64,000 bases of DNA from a virus. Made by a program: the position numbers and the translations under genes. The DNA is taken from positions 1 to 64,000 of IMG/VR virus record IMGVR_UViG_3300014838_000014. One strand, given 5' to 3'. Below are positions 30,431 to 39,874 of this stretch, piece after piece. Positions within the stretch are counted from its first letter, which is position 1. The number at the start of each line of letters is the position of its first letter. The notes beneath the pieces are model-generated. The model saw nothing but the letters and a program-made list of their open reading frames with translations, searched no databases and was not told the origin of the DNA.

Positions 30431-30470
30431 TTAGTGCCAGGAGATCTGATTGAGTGGCAATATGAACGGT
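30431..30470 (+). pseudogene. remnant of a PGDLIEW family copy
   Basis: TTAGTGCCAGGAGATCTGATTGAGTGGCAATATGAA = LVPGDLIEWQYE, then degenerates. Confidence 0.5.
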
Positions 30471-30684
30471 ACACGAGTTTGTGGTTCTGAAGAAGTGTGG
30501 TCACATAAACGTTGAGTTACGTATGCGCTGATGGATATTTTATTGTAGTTTCAATCATCAAAATTTCTATGATATTGTGTCTTGTTTATTATGATGCGAA
30601 GGAATGTGTGTAAACGCGTGTTGTAACGAGCTTGTAACACGTTGTTAACACCACGAGTGTGCTATGAATGGTACTTGTTGATGC

Positions 30685-31476
30685 ATGGAAACGGCATGGT
30701 GCAGCGATACGCACTTCAATTTATGGACGTTGAGTTCGAAACGTAGGTTCTTTACGGGATTGAACGATCGTGGAGTTGAACGTTTGATCATTTCTGGTGA
30801 CGTAAGCACCGGAAGGGTCGTCGAGCGCGACCTCGAGGTGATGTCACGCTTCTTTAATGGTCACGTTCACTTCGTCCTCGGAAACCATGACTATCACGGA
30901 CGTTACATCGATTCAGTTCACACAGACGTGCAGCGCATCACGAGAACGTATCCACGTTTACACTGGCTCACGCACGAGCACGTTGTTTCGTTGTCAGATG
31001 ACGTGGCATTGATCGGAACGGAAGGTTGGTATGATGCAATTGATTGTTCTGTGAATGCGATGAAGCTAACAACAGATTGGCATATGACGTTTGATTTTTC
31101 TCGTCAGGAAAACATGTACGAACGCGTTGAAGCATGGCGAAACATGGCGAACAGGTCGTCTGATGTGATCACTGATAGGTTGGAACGGGCTTTAGATGCC
31201 CACAGAATGGTCTACGTTGTTACGCATTTTCCACCGTGGAAGGAAGCCACACGTGCCGTCGGCACGCTTCTCGAGGGATTGTGGGTGCCCTACAACACGA
31301 ACGTTGCGCTGGGCAAAGCCATCGAGCGGGTCATGGTGGGTAGGAATGATGAGTACGTCGTGGTGCTGGCGGGTCACACACACGTGCCGTGCAACGTTCG
31401 AATCTCTAACAACATCGAGTGTCGAGTCGCTGGATCGTCGTGTTGGGGATCGAAGTTGCACGTGTTGACAGTGTAA
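30685..31476 (+). CDS. metallophosphoesterase (calcineurin-like)
   Basis: 'SDTH', 'SGDVS', 'GNHDY', 'THFPP', 'GHTH'. Confidence 0.85.
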   Translation: METAWCSDTHFNLWTLSSKRRFFTGLNDRGVERLIISGDVSTGRVVERDLEVMSRFFNGHVHFVLGNHDYHGRYIDSVHTDVQRITRTYPRLHWLTHEHVVSLSDDVALIGTEGWYDAIDCSVNAMKLTTDWHMTFDFSRQENMYERVEAWRNMANRSSDVITDRLERALDAHRMVYVVTHFPPWKEATRAVGTLLEGLWVPYNTNVALGKAIERVMVGRNDEYVVVLAGHTHVPCNVRISNNIECRVAGSSCWGSKLHVLTV

Positions 31477-31500
31477 AGCGAGTATCGACGGTGTTATGAT
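31471..31500 (+). promoter_or_regulatory. sigma70-like promoter (representative of a recurring class)
   Basis: GTGTAA-N18-TATGAT with ATG 6 nt downstream; similar at 10856, 28539, 29526, 34970, 48786, 53857, 57755. Confidence 0.55.
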
Positions 31501-31506
31501 TCACAA

Positions 31507-31947
31507 ATGATGAAGTTTTACTCAGCCAATGTCATTGCATCAGCGTGTGTAATTTTAGGAACGTGTGGATTCGTTCATTGTGAACGAATCGCGATGGCTG
31601 GTGATGAACAGCGACTAACGACATCGTTCAACGTTGAGGTCGACAAGATTGATAATGGAAAAGTTACAAAGCTGTATGATCAGATGCCACCGACGCGTGC
31701 TGGGACGTGTTTACCGATGTCCACGATCACGGCGAACTGGTGCTGCGTTGCTTCGACCGCTGACCTCATCGGCGCTGATTATGTAAACGCTGCTCTCACG
31801 TGCGTCAATACGAACGATGTTTCTAACGGTTCATTTGTTATTGGAACGACTTGCAACATCAGGAAGCCAAATAAAACATCTAACTACGTCGTGATAGGTC
31901 CGATGGGTAAATCAATCATTGTGTATCTCTCGTGCGAGACGAAGTGA
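31507..31947 (+). CDS. secreted/membrane hypothetical protein, Cys-rich
   Basis: signal-peptide-like N-terminus. Confidence 0.5.
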   Translation: MMKFYSANVIASACVILGTCGFVHCERIAMAGDEQRLTTSFNVEVDKIDNGKVTKLYDQMPPTRAGTCLPMSTITANWCCVASTADLIGADYVNAALTCVNTNDVSNGSFVIGTTCNIRKPNKTSNYVVIGPMGKSIIVYLSCETK

Positions 31948-31951
31948 TTCG

Positions 31952-32206
31952 ATGAAACCCGGTGACCTCATTGAGTGGGTGTACAAACGTAATTCTCAAC
32001 CCGTTCGTGAGAATGAGCAACTCTGGTCAACACCGATGAATCGTTGGATTCCAATCGGTGTTCATCCCATGATGCTCATTTCAATCACCGACGAGTTCTA
32101 TTCTTGGTTGACCCCGGAGTGGTTGTTCCACGCGCGCGTGGATGACATGGCGACCAACAATCGTCGGGAGCGAGAGCTGCGGGTTGTTCCACGCGCGCGT
32201 GGATGA
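31952..32206 (+). CDS. PGDLIEW family copy C1
   Basis: paralogous core; ends VVPRARG* in repeat 2. Confidence 0.78.
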   Translation: MKPGDLIEWVYKRNSQPVRENEQLWSTPMNRWIPIGVHPMMLISITDEFYSWLTPEWLFHARVDDMATNNRRERELRVVPRARG

Positions 32207-32334
32207 CATGATGATCGGCTCGCGCATAGCTCACGGGAATGAGGTTGTTCCACACGCGCGTGGATGACGTGGATTGCCTGTCGTCATTTCGCCGGACAAC
32301 AACAAATTGTTCCGCGCGAGTGCGTGGATGACGT
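32121..32334 (+). CRISPR. mini-array C: 4 repeats, 3 spacers
   Basis: GGTTGTTCCACGCGCGCGTGGATGACAT at 32121 and 32182 (identical), variant at 32243, degenerate at 32305; periods 61/61/62. Confidence 0.8.
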
Positions 32335-32403
32335 TACAGTAATTACGTTTGTGTAACTTGCGTCTGATTTGTGTAGTATTTGAAATGAAAGAGGATGTGT
32401 GTA

Positions 32404-33384
32404 ATGCGAACCGTGTTTTTGCTTCGTGGTCTTCCTGCTAGTTCTAAATCGACGTTTGCGGCAGATCTTTGTAAAAAGGAACCATGTCGATTTGCTCGCA
32501 TCAACAGAGATGATTTAAGGAGCATGGTCGTTGGTTACGGCAACGACCCTCATTCGTTGGGTCGATCTGGTGAGGATCTCATCAGGAACTTCAAGGACGA
32601 ACTCATTCGTCAGTCGTTCCGTGAGGGTTACGATGTCATCCTTGATGATACGCATCTCGTGCCACAAACGGTGAAGAAGCTTCATAAGTTGTTTGCATCG
32701 ATCGGTGACGTCAAGGTCATTGAAAAGGTGTTTAACGTTGACGTTGAGGAGTGCATCGTTCGTGATTCGAAACGCACTGGATTCGCTCACATCGGTGAGA
32801 AGATCATTCGTGATATGGCTCGTGGTGCAGGTCTCGATAAAAAGGGTAGGAAACTAGTTGATCGTGAAGTTTACTACGCTCCACGTTGGTCTCCAGGCGG
32901 TGCAGGTGCAGATCCTGAGAGCATGTTGCAGGACGTTAGTCTACCAAAAGCAATCATCTGCGATCTTGATGGCACGTTGTCGTTGTTGAACGGCAGATCG
33001 CCTTACGATGCTTCGACGTGTGATAATGATCTACCCAACGTACCCGTGATTGAGTGCGTTAAAGCGATGGCCCTTCAGGGTTATAAGACGCTGTTTACGA
33101 GTGGCCGTGAGAATAAGTTTCGTGAACCAACGATCAAATTCATTGAACAACACTGTAACATCATCAATGATGCAACAAACGAGTTAAAAACTATAGATTA
33201 TGACCTGTTCATGCGTGCTACAGGCGATCAACGTAAGGATTCGATCGTGAAGAGCGAGTTGTTCGATGCAAACGTTGTTGGTAAATACAACGTGGTGTTT
33301 GTGTTGGATGACAGAAATCAAGTCGTCGATTTTTGGAGACGAATTGGGTTAACGGTGTTTCAAGTCGCTGAAGGGAATTTTTAA
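32404..33384 (+). CDS. pseT: polynucleotide kinase/3'-phosphatase (T4 PseT-like)
   Basis: P-loop 'GLPASSKST', 'RINRDDLR'; HAD 'DLDGTL', 'SGR', 'DDRNQVVDFWRRIG'. Confidence 0.88.
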   Translation: MRTVFLLRGLPASSKSTFAADLCKKEPCRFARINRDDLRSMVVGYGNDPHSLGRSGEDLIRNFKDELIRQSFREGYDVILDDTHLVPQTVKKLHKLFASIGDVKVIEKVFNVDVEECIVRDSKRTGFAHIGEKIIRDMARGAGLDKKGRKLVDREVYYAPRWSPGGAGADPESMLQDVSLPKAIICDLDGTLSLLNGRSPYDASTCDNDLPNVPVIECVKAMALQGYKTLFTSGRENKFREPTIKFIEQHCNIINDATNELKTIDYDLFMRATGDQRKDSIVKSELFDANVVGKYNVVFVLDDRNQVVDFWRRIGLTVFQVAEGNF

Positions 33385-33387
33385 TTC

Positions 33388-33573
33388 ATGTGCGTTCGTG
33401 TCAATTGTTCTAAGTGTACCAAGCCTACGTTTAAAGGTTGTGGTAAGCACGTTGATGAAGTGTTGCGAGACGTACCCGTTACAGAACGGTGCGAGTGCAA
33501 CGTACGCTCGAACGGTGATAATTCTATAATCGATGTTTCGTTTGATTTTCCTGAGCAATTAAATGAATCTTGA
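33388..33573 (+). CDS. small Cys-rich protein
   Basis: 'C..C.KPTFKGCGKHV...RCEC'. Confidence 0.5.
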   Translation: MCVRVNCSKCTKPTFKGCGKHVDEVLRDVPVTERCECNVRSNGDNSIIDVSFDFPEQLNES

Positions 33574-34369
33574 TACCAAGAAGTTTCCTCGTACTCAACA
33601 CATTGAAGGATCACGTTTGCAACACGGTGACGGTGATATGAAGGTTATACCTTGGAGTGATCTGAAACGTAGGCCTCTCGTTGTTTCAGAGAAGCTCGAC
33701 GGCGCGAACGTTGGAATCAGCTTCAGCGATCAAGGTGACCTTCTTTTACAGTCTCGTGGCCATTACTTACGCGGTGGACCACGCGAGAAGCAGTTTGATA
33801 TATTCAAACAATTGGCGAACGATAACGTTGATGTGTTGTTCGATGCATTGTGTTCACGGTACATTTTATATGGTGAATGGATGTATGCTTGTCACTCCAT
33901 TTATTATGATGATCTACCGTGTTACTTTCATGCGTTTGATGTGTATGATAAGGAACGTGATGCATTTTTAAGCACGGCACGCAGAGATGGGTTGCTTTAC
34001 GATGTGTATAAAACGTTCATCACGTTTGCACCGGTTTTAGCGTACCAAAGAACGTTCAATGACATCAACGATTTGCTTGCGTTGCTTGGAAACTGTGGGT
34101 ATTTTACCAATGAACGCACGTCGAACTACCTCATAACCGCCCATGATTCAGGATTTCTTCGTAAAGATGGTGAAAACAATGAGATTCAAGAAGCGCTGTC
34201 GTGCCGTGATTGGAGCCCATTGATGGAGGGTCTGTACGTCAAGTTGGAGGATGATGAACGAGTGTTGGGCCGTTGTAAGTACGTCAGATCATCATTTACG
34301 AACACGATCGCTGGAAATGAAATACACTGGTTCGATAGACAGATCGTACAGAACAAACTAAGGAACTAA
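33563..34369 (+). CDS. ATP-dependent RNA ligase family protein
   Basis: motif I 'EKLDGAN', 'YGEW', 'FDVYD', 'EGLYVK', 'KYVR'. Confidence 0.8.
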   Translation: MNLDTKKFPRTQHIEGSRLQHGDGDMKVIPWSDLKRRPLVVSEKLDGANVGISFSDQGDLLLQSRGHYLRGGPREKQFDIFKQLANDNVDVLFDALCSRYILYGEWMYACHSIYYDDLPCYFHAFDVYDKERDAFLSTARRDGLLYDVYKTFITFAPVLAYQRTFNDINDLLALLGNCGYFTNERTSNYLITAHDSGFLRKDGENNEIQEALSCRDWSPLMEGLYVKLEDDERVLGRCKYVRSSFTNTIAGNEIHWFDRQIVQNKLRN

Positions 34370-34378
34370 GGGTACAAA

Positions 34379-34975
34379 ATGTCTGACAATGCTATGTGTT
34401 CAATGTGCTTCGAGTCTGGTCACTCCAACGTTGATTGCAAGGAGAACTTCGAACGCCTTGCGATGGTTGGTTCGATCGCTGCGATGATCGCTTCAAGGCT
34501 AAACTTCGTTCTGCCTGAGTGTAACAGCGCTAAACGAGGAGGTAAACCCACATCAACGATCAAGGTTGAACAGTACAAAGAGAAGTTTAAGTTTGTTGTT
34601 GTCTACTGCGAACTAGCAAATGCACACCTCGTTGATAACGCATGGATCGATCATCATGGCCCATCTTGCGTTGCTCCTCCATCAGATTTCGTGCGCAAGT
34701 GCCTTCACAACGATGCGTTTCACTACCGCAGGTGTTACCTTGACATGGTCAAACTCGTTCCTGATATGAAGCGAAGGATCGTTCATCGCGCAGACTTTAC
34801 TGAATTGTTATTTGACACCGTTGAACAACTAGACGCGTACCTTGCTTGTTTCAATGATTTAGGAAAGGCAGCTCTAATTCGTTCGTACAATGGAATAGAA
34901 ACGTTCAATGAACTATCGAACTTCTTACACGTAGTTTATTCGACTAACGAATTTCATGGTGCACGTCTGGTGTAA
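34379..34975 (+). CDS. hypothetical protein with N-terminal Zn-knuckle-like motif
   Basis: CxxCxxxxHxxxxC at the N-terminus. Confidence 0.5.
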   Translation: MSDNAMCSMCFESGHSNVDCKENFERLAMVGSIAAMIASRLNFVLPECNSAKRGGKPTSTIKVEQYKEKFKFVVVYCELANAHLVDNAWIDHHGPSCVAPPSDFVRKCLHNDAFHYRRCYLDMVKLVPDMKRRIVHRADFTELLFDTVEQLDAYLACFNDLGKAALIRSYNGIETFNELSNFLHVVYSTNEFHGARLV

Positions 34976-35004
34976 AGCAACGTTTTATGGTGTAATATCG
35001 TTTC

Positions 35005-35817
35005 ATGTCAACGTACGCATGGTTTACAGATTCGCACCTCGATCACCTTAAGGACGACGCTTCAAGGTTGATTGCGTTTGGTCAATCGCTTGTGAAGGAT
35101 AACCCGACGGGAATCTTTTGTAGCGGTGATTTAACCGTTTCGAGGAAGCTAATTTATCATCTATCGGCGCTGGAACGCATAACGCAGAGACCGTTTTACT
35201 TCGTGCTTGGAAACCATGATTACTATGGTGGTCAGATCGAATCTGTTCGGCAGGGAATGCGCTATCTTTCCACGTCAAGCCAACACCTGCGGTACATGCC
35301 AACGACGCCATACGTCTCGTTGAGTTCGAACACAGCATTGATCGGTCACGATTGTTGGTACGATGCGATGTACGGCGATTGGAAGACGAGCAATTGTTAC
35401 ATGAACGACTGGACTGAAATCGTTGACTTTCAGCTCGTCAACGGTGCGAAATCGACGATCGTTGCAAGGGCTCGCGAGCTCGCTCACGCAGGCGTCGAGC
35501 ACATTCAGAATGGTATCAAGGGCGCCGTGAAGTATCACAAATCGATCATCGTATTGACGCATTACGTGCCGTTTGAAGCGGCGCACACCTTCGAGGGAAA
35601 ATTAGCCGATAAATCATACGCTCCGTTCTATACGTGCAAGATGTTGGGTGATATGTTGATCGATGCAGCGAAGGCATATCCAAACGTTAACTTCAACGTT
35701 CTCTGTGGCCACACACATTCATCGTGGAACGGTAAAATCACCGCGAACCTAGAGTGTCACGTAGGAGGCACGCAATACAACGATCCGATCGTAAACGGAC
35801 TCATTGAGGTCGCTTGA
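35005..35817 (+). CDS. metallophosphoesterase (paralog of 30685)
   Basis: 'TDSH', 'SGDL', 'GNHDY', 'THYVP', 'GHTH'. Confidence 0.85.
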   Translation: MSTYAWFTDSHLDHLKDDASRLIAFGQSLVKDNPTGIFCSGDLTVSRKLIYHLSALERITQRPFYFVLGNHDYYGGQIESVRQGMRYLSTSSQHLRYMPTTPYVSLSSNTALIGHDCWYDAMYGDWKTSNCYMNDWTEIVDFQLVNGAKSTIVARARELAHAGVEHIQNGIKGAVKYHKSIIVLTHYVPFEAAHTFEGKLADKSYAPFYTCKMLGDMLIDAAKAYPNVNFNVLCGHTHSSWNGKITANLECHVGGTQYNDPIVNGLIEVA

Positions 35818-36087
35818 TTGTTTCCAGGTGATTTGATCGAATGGGTGTATGAAGATGATTTTCAACCTATTCGTGATGATGATTACCTTTTTTCAACGCC
35901 GATGAATCGATTCATCGGCGTTGGAAGTGATTATGGTCCTTATATTCTAATTTCAGTCACGCGTGAATTTTATTCATGGCTGACACCATGTGGATTGTTT
36001 CTTGCGCGTTTGGACGATGCAGTTCTGTACACAGAACAATGGACTGAAAAAAAAGTCCTGCCACGTGCCATCGAGAAATTTCAATGA
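35818..36087 (+). CDS. PGDLIEW family copy D1 (divergent)
   Basis: PGDLIEWVY core; eroded repeats at 35993 and 36054 keep the 61-nt spacing. Confidence 0.65.
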   Translation: MFPGDLIEWVYEDDFQPIRDDDYLFSTPMNRFIGVGSDYGPYILISVTREFYSWLTPCGLFLARLDDAVLYTEQWTEKKVLPRAIEKFQ

Positions 36088-36347
36088 AACCCGGTGACCT
36101 CATCGAGTGGGTGTATAAATCTGATCCTCAACCCGTCGATGAGGATGTCGAACTCTGGTCAACGCCGATGCAACGTTGGATTCCCATCGGTATTCACCCC
36201 GCCGTCCTCATCTCGATCACCGATGAGTTCTACACGTGGTTGACGCTTGAGGGGTTGTTCCACGCGCGCGTGGATGACACGAGGATCTGGCCACGCAGGA
36301 CTCTGTCTCCCTTGGTTGTTCCACGCGTCGTTGGAGAACATCTATGA
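36084..36347 (+). CDS. PGDLIEW family copy D2
   Basis: paralogous core; ends VVPRVVGEHL. Confidence 0.78.
   Translation: MKPGDLIEWVYKSDPQPVDEDVELWSTPMQRWIPIGIHPAVLISITDEFYTWLTLEGLFHARVDDTRIWPRRTLSPLVVPRVVGEHL
36253..36343 (+). CRISPR. repeat-spacer-repeat unit D2
   Basis: consensus repeat GGTTGTTCCACGCGCGCGTGGATGACAC at 36253, 33-nt spacer, trailer-type repeat at 36314. Confidence 0.65.
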
Positions 36348-36613
36348 AACCCGGTGATCTCATCGAACGGGTGTATGAAGTTAATCCTCAACCCGTTAAA
36401 GAGAATGAGAAGCTTTGGTCGACACCGATGAGTTGCTGGGTTCCAATTGGTATTCAACCGGCCGTCCTCATCTCGATCACCGATGAGTTCTATGTGTGGC
36501 TGAACACAAAGGGTCTATTCAACGCACGCATAAAAGACACTGCTTTCAGATCGTTGGATAGGATGCCATGGGGAGGTTGTTCAATGCGTGCGTTAATGAT
36601 GAGTTTAACATAG
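36344..36613 (+). CDS. PGDLIEW family copy D3
   Basis: paralogous core; degenerate repeats at 36513 and 36575. Confidence 0.65.
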   Translation: MKPGDLIERVYEVNPQPVKENEKLWSTPMSCWVPIGIQPAVLISITDEFYVWLNTKGLFNARIKDTAFRSLDRMPWGGCSMRALMMSLT

Positions 36614-36629
36614 GTGTTGATCCGGTTCA

Positions 36630-36980
36630 ATGAAGTGTAAAGCGTTTCAATTCCATTGTATGATCAATGTCATGAAGAGAAGAGCACGTAAGTTCACGAA
36701 GACGCAGCTTGTCAATCCGGTACCCGTCAGTGACATCACTGACATCGATGAATTGCAACGTCGTTTCACGACTGCTTCGTTGCTCAAGCGAAACGCGACG
36801 ACGAGAAAAGGGTTCCTCGAGGACGCGATGCACCGTCACTGTGCTCAGGCATGGGATGCAAAGAAGAAGCAACGAATGGTTCGACGTTATGTTGCGTCTG
36901 ATAACGTGATCATGCAGAATTCCACGCTCATCGATGAACTGCAACACCGCCTACAGGAGATCAAGGGTTCATTAAAGTGA
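36630..36980 (+). CDS. hypothetical basic protein
   Basis: ORF overlapping the MTase start; true start uncertain. Confidence 0.45.
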   Translation: MKCKAFQFHCMINVMKRRARKFTKTQLVNPVPVSDITDIDELQRRFTTASLLKRNATTRKGFLEDAMHRHCAQAWDAKKKQRMVRRYVASDNVIMQNSTLIDELQHRLQEIKGSLK

Positions 36981-37774
36981 ATGTTGTTTGGCATTCACCG
37001 GCGATGGACGTGTTGTCATCCTTCGACGATGAAGTGATCGATCTTGTGTACATAGATCCTCCGTTTGGCACGGGATCGTGCCAGCGTATGAATCGCCGGA
37101 AGAACGGCGAGATCATTTCGGAGATGTCGTATAGTGATACCGTAACTGGGTACATCGACGTCCTGAGGGCCCACGTAGGTGAACTAATGAGGATTCTCAA
37201 GCCGACGGGTATGTTGTACCTGCACCTCGATCGACACAACGTTCACCGTGCAAAGGTGATGTGCGATGACCTAATCGGCGAACAGAACTTCATCAACGAG
37301 ATCATCTGGAGCTACAACTTCGGCGGTCGAGGCAAGGATCGCTTCGCGCCGAAGCACGACAATATCTTAGCATACGCAAAGGATGCAAATCAACACATCT
37401 TCAACCTCGACGAGGTCGATAGGATTCCTTACGTTGCGCCTGAGATGCAGTACGTTGGAAGAGAACGCGACGAGGCAGAGAAGCGGATTGCGCTCGGTCA
37501 GGTTCCGACTGACGTGTGGGACATTCCGATCATTGGGACGGCATCAAAGGAGCGCACAGGATATCCAACGCAAAAACCGCTGAAGCTTGCTTCGAGGATC
37601 ATCACCGCTTCATCACCGAAAGGAGGGATCGTTCTTGATTGCTTTGCAGGGTCAGGAACGACCGGTGCAGCAGCACATAAGAACGATAGGCAATTCGTTC
37701 TTGTCGACGATAACAAGCAGTCGATCGACGTGATGAAGAAGAGGTTCGAAGGAATCGAGGTGGAATGGCTATGA
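36977..37774 (+). CDS. DNA methyltransferase (N6-A/N4-C, beta class)
   Basis: 'YIDPPF' before 'DCFAGSGTT'; 'GYPTQKP'. Confidence 0.88.
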   Translation: MNVVWHSPAMDVLSSFDDEVIDLVYIDPPFGTGSCQRMNRRKNGEIISEMSYSDTVTGYIDVLRAHVGELMRILKPTGMLYLHLDRHNVHRAKVMCDDLIGEQNFINEIIWSYNFGGRGKDRFAPKHDNILAYAKDANQHIFNLDEVDRIPYVAPEMQYVGRERDEAEKRIALGQVPTDVWDIPIIGTASKERTGYPTQKPLKLASRIITASSPKGGIVLDCFAGSGTTGAAAHKNDRQFVLVDDNKQSIDVMKKRFEGIEVEWL

Positions 37775-38262
37775 TCGGAAACATCGCCGTCTTTCCAGGA
37801 TCGTTTGATCCAGTGACGTACGGTCACATTGACGTAGTTTCTCGTGCCATGTCAATGTTCGATTACGTTTTTGTCATGGTCGGTAGGAACACAAACAAAA
37901 GCTACCTCTTCAACGATGCAGAACGCGGCGGAATGTTATTGAGTTGTTTGGCATATGCTTCAAACGTTCGTATCAGCGTGTTCGATGGATTGGTTGTCGA
38001 TTTTTGTCGTAGCGTCGGTGCTAAAACGATAGTTCGTGGTGTTAGGAATTCGAACGACGTTGAGTTTGAGATGCGAGCGTCGTACGTAAACAACGACGTT
38101 GCGTCCATAGACACGGTGTTCTTTCCAACTCGATCAACGTTGGCGTACGTTTCATCGTCGATGGTAAAGGAGCTAGCCTGGCACGGGGTCGACGTTAGCG
38201 GTTACGTACCACCGGTTGTGAACGAAGCGATCAAACTGGCCTATAAGAAAAAGCATGATTGA
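37771..38262 (+). CDS. coaD: phosphopantetheine adenylyltransferase
   Basis: 'AVFPGSFDPVTYGHIDV', 'IVRGVR', 'VSSSMVKELA'. Confidence 0.88.
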   Translation: MIGNIAVFPGSFDPVTYGHIDVVSRAMSMFDYVFVMVGRNTNKSYLFNDAERGGMLLSCLAYASNVRISVFDGLVVDFCRSVGAKTIVRGVRNSNDVEFEMRASYVNNDVASIDTVFFPTRSTLAYVSSSMVKELAWHGVDVSGYVPPVVNEAIKLAYKKKHD

Positions 38263-38722
38263 CAAAGCGGCCGAGGTCGGTGGCATCTTTTCGTTGCTTG
38301 TCTTCGTTCACTTCATCGCTGATTGGGTTTTTCAATCGCACGACTCAGCAATCAGAAAATCAAAGGATACATGCGTTCGAGCGGTACATTGTTGTGTTTA
38401 CGTGGCGTTCTTCATCGTTCCAATTGGTTACTATTACTACGTTCGATCAACGTTACCATTGTATTACTCAAGAACGTTGTTGTTGTCATTGGTGACGCTG
38501 TTATGGGTGAGTCACTTCATCATCGACTCGTATGTTATAACGTTGCTTTGGGCTAAGCACATCAGGAAGTCCATTGCGTTCAATGCTGGCATCACAGATG
38601 AACAAGCGTTTGCTTATATGTTTAGCACGCCTGTTGGTGCAATACTCAACATCACGATCGATCAGTTACAACACGTTGCCGTTCTAATCGTTGTCGCGGT
38701 TGCGTTGGTGTTCTTTCAATGA
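38255..38722 (+). CDS. DUF3307-like membrane protein
   Basis: 'HFIADWVFQS', 'SHFIID', 'DQLQH'. Confidence 0.7.
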   Translation: MIDKAAEVGGIFSLLVFVHFIADWVFQSHDSAIRKSKDTCVRAVHCCVYVAFFIVPIGYYYYVRSTLPLYYSRTLLLSLVTLLWVSHFIIDSYVITLLWAKHIRKSIAFNAGITDEQAFAYMFSTPVGAILNITIDQLQHVAVLIVVAVALVFFQ

Positions 38723-38982
38723 AACCCGGTGACCTCATTGAATGGGTGTATAAATCTGATTCTCAATCAGTTAATAAGCATGAGGAACTTTGGTCGACAC
38801 CGCTGCGTCGCTGGGTTCCAATTGGTATTCAACCTGCGATCCTCGTTTCGATCACCGATGAGTTTTATTCTTGGTTGACAACAAGAGGGTTATTCCATGC
38901 ACATGTTCTCGACGTCGATGCAAGTCCACGCTTCGGTCGCGGGCCAGCTGTCGTTCCACGCGTTATCGGAGAACATCGATGA
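38719..38982 (+). CDS. PGDLIEW family copy E1
   Basis: paralogous core; repeats at 38888 and 38949. Confidence 0.75.
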   Translation: MKPGDLIEWVYKSDSQSVNKHEELWSTPLRRWVPIGIQPAILVSITDEFYSWLTTRGLFHAHVLDVDASPRFGRGPAVVPRVIGEHR

Positions 38983-39233
38983 AACCAGGTGATTTGATCG
39001 AGTGGGTGTATCAATATAATTCTCAACCCGTTGATGAGAATGCCCAACTTTGGTCAACGTCGATGCAACGTTATATTCCAATTGGTGTTCAACCCGCCGT
39101 TCTCATTTCAATCACCGACGAGTTCTACATGTGGTTGACCCAGAAGGGGTTGCTCCACGTGCATGTGGATGACGCGAAGGCTCCAATGAGATATCGAATT
39201 ACCTCGTTGGTTGTTCCACGCGTTGTAGGATAA
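38979..39233 (+). CDS. PGDLIEW family copy E2
   Basis: paralogous core; repeats at 39148 and 39209. Confidence 0.75.
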   Translation: MKPGDLIEWVYQYNSQPVDENAQLWSTSMQRYIPIGVQPAVLISITDEFYMWLTQKGLLHVHVDDAKAPMRYRITSLVVPRVVG

Positions 39234-39238
39234 CATTG

Positions 39239-39493
39239 ATGAAACCAGGTGATTTGATTGAATGGGTGTATTCTAATTCTCAACCCGTTCTCGAAGATGA
39301 GAAGCTTTGGTCGACGCCGATGAATCGCTGGGTTCAAATCGGTGTTCACCCAATGATGCTCATTTCGATGACAGACGAATTATACGTGTGGTTGACACCT
39401 GATGGGTTGTTCAACGCACGTGTGGCTGACACCGGTGGCGTCATAGCTGGCGAGTATGGTGTTTTTCCACGCGTCGTCGGAGAACATCGATGA
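39239..39493 (+). CDS. PGDLIEW family copy E3
   Basis: paralogous core; repeats at 39405 and 39460 (period 55). Confidence 0.75.
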   Translation: MKPGDLIEWVYSNSQPVLEDEKLWSTPMNRWVQIGVHPMMLISMTDELYVWLTPDGLFNARVADTGGVIAGEYGVFPRVVGEHR

Positions 39494-39756
39494 AACCCGG
39501 TGACCTCATTGAATGTGTATATAAATCTGATTCTCAACCCGTTAATGAAGATGAGAAACTCTGGTCAACGCCGATGCAACGTTGGATTCCAATCGGTGTT
39601 CACCCTATGATGTTTATTTCGATGACAGACGAATTCTACACGTGGCTGACACCTGAGGGGTTGTTTCATGCGTGCGTGGATGATACAAGGAGTATGCGAA
39701 GGAAATACTGGGAGCACGTGGTTGTTAAACGAATGCATTGTTTTGTGCATCATTGA
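39490..39756 (+). CDS. PGDLIEW family copy E4
   Basis: paralogous core; repeats at 39659 and 39720. Confidence 0.72.
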   Translation: MKPGDLIECVYKSDSQPVNEDEKLWSTPMQRWIPIGVHPMMFISMTDEFYTWLTPEGLFHACVDDTRSMRRKYWEHVVVKRMHCFVHH

Positions 39757-39874
39757 TGCGAGTGCGTTTTGGTTGTTTTACAATTCAATGGTAGATGTTG
39801 GTCGATGATCTGTGTAAACCGTTGACGATTTCGCGATGTTGTAGATCCGCAAGTGCATGTCACCTATTTAACAC

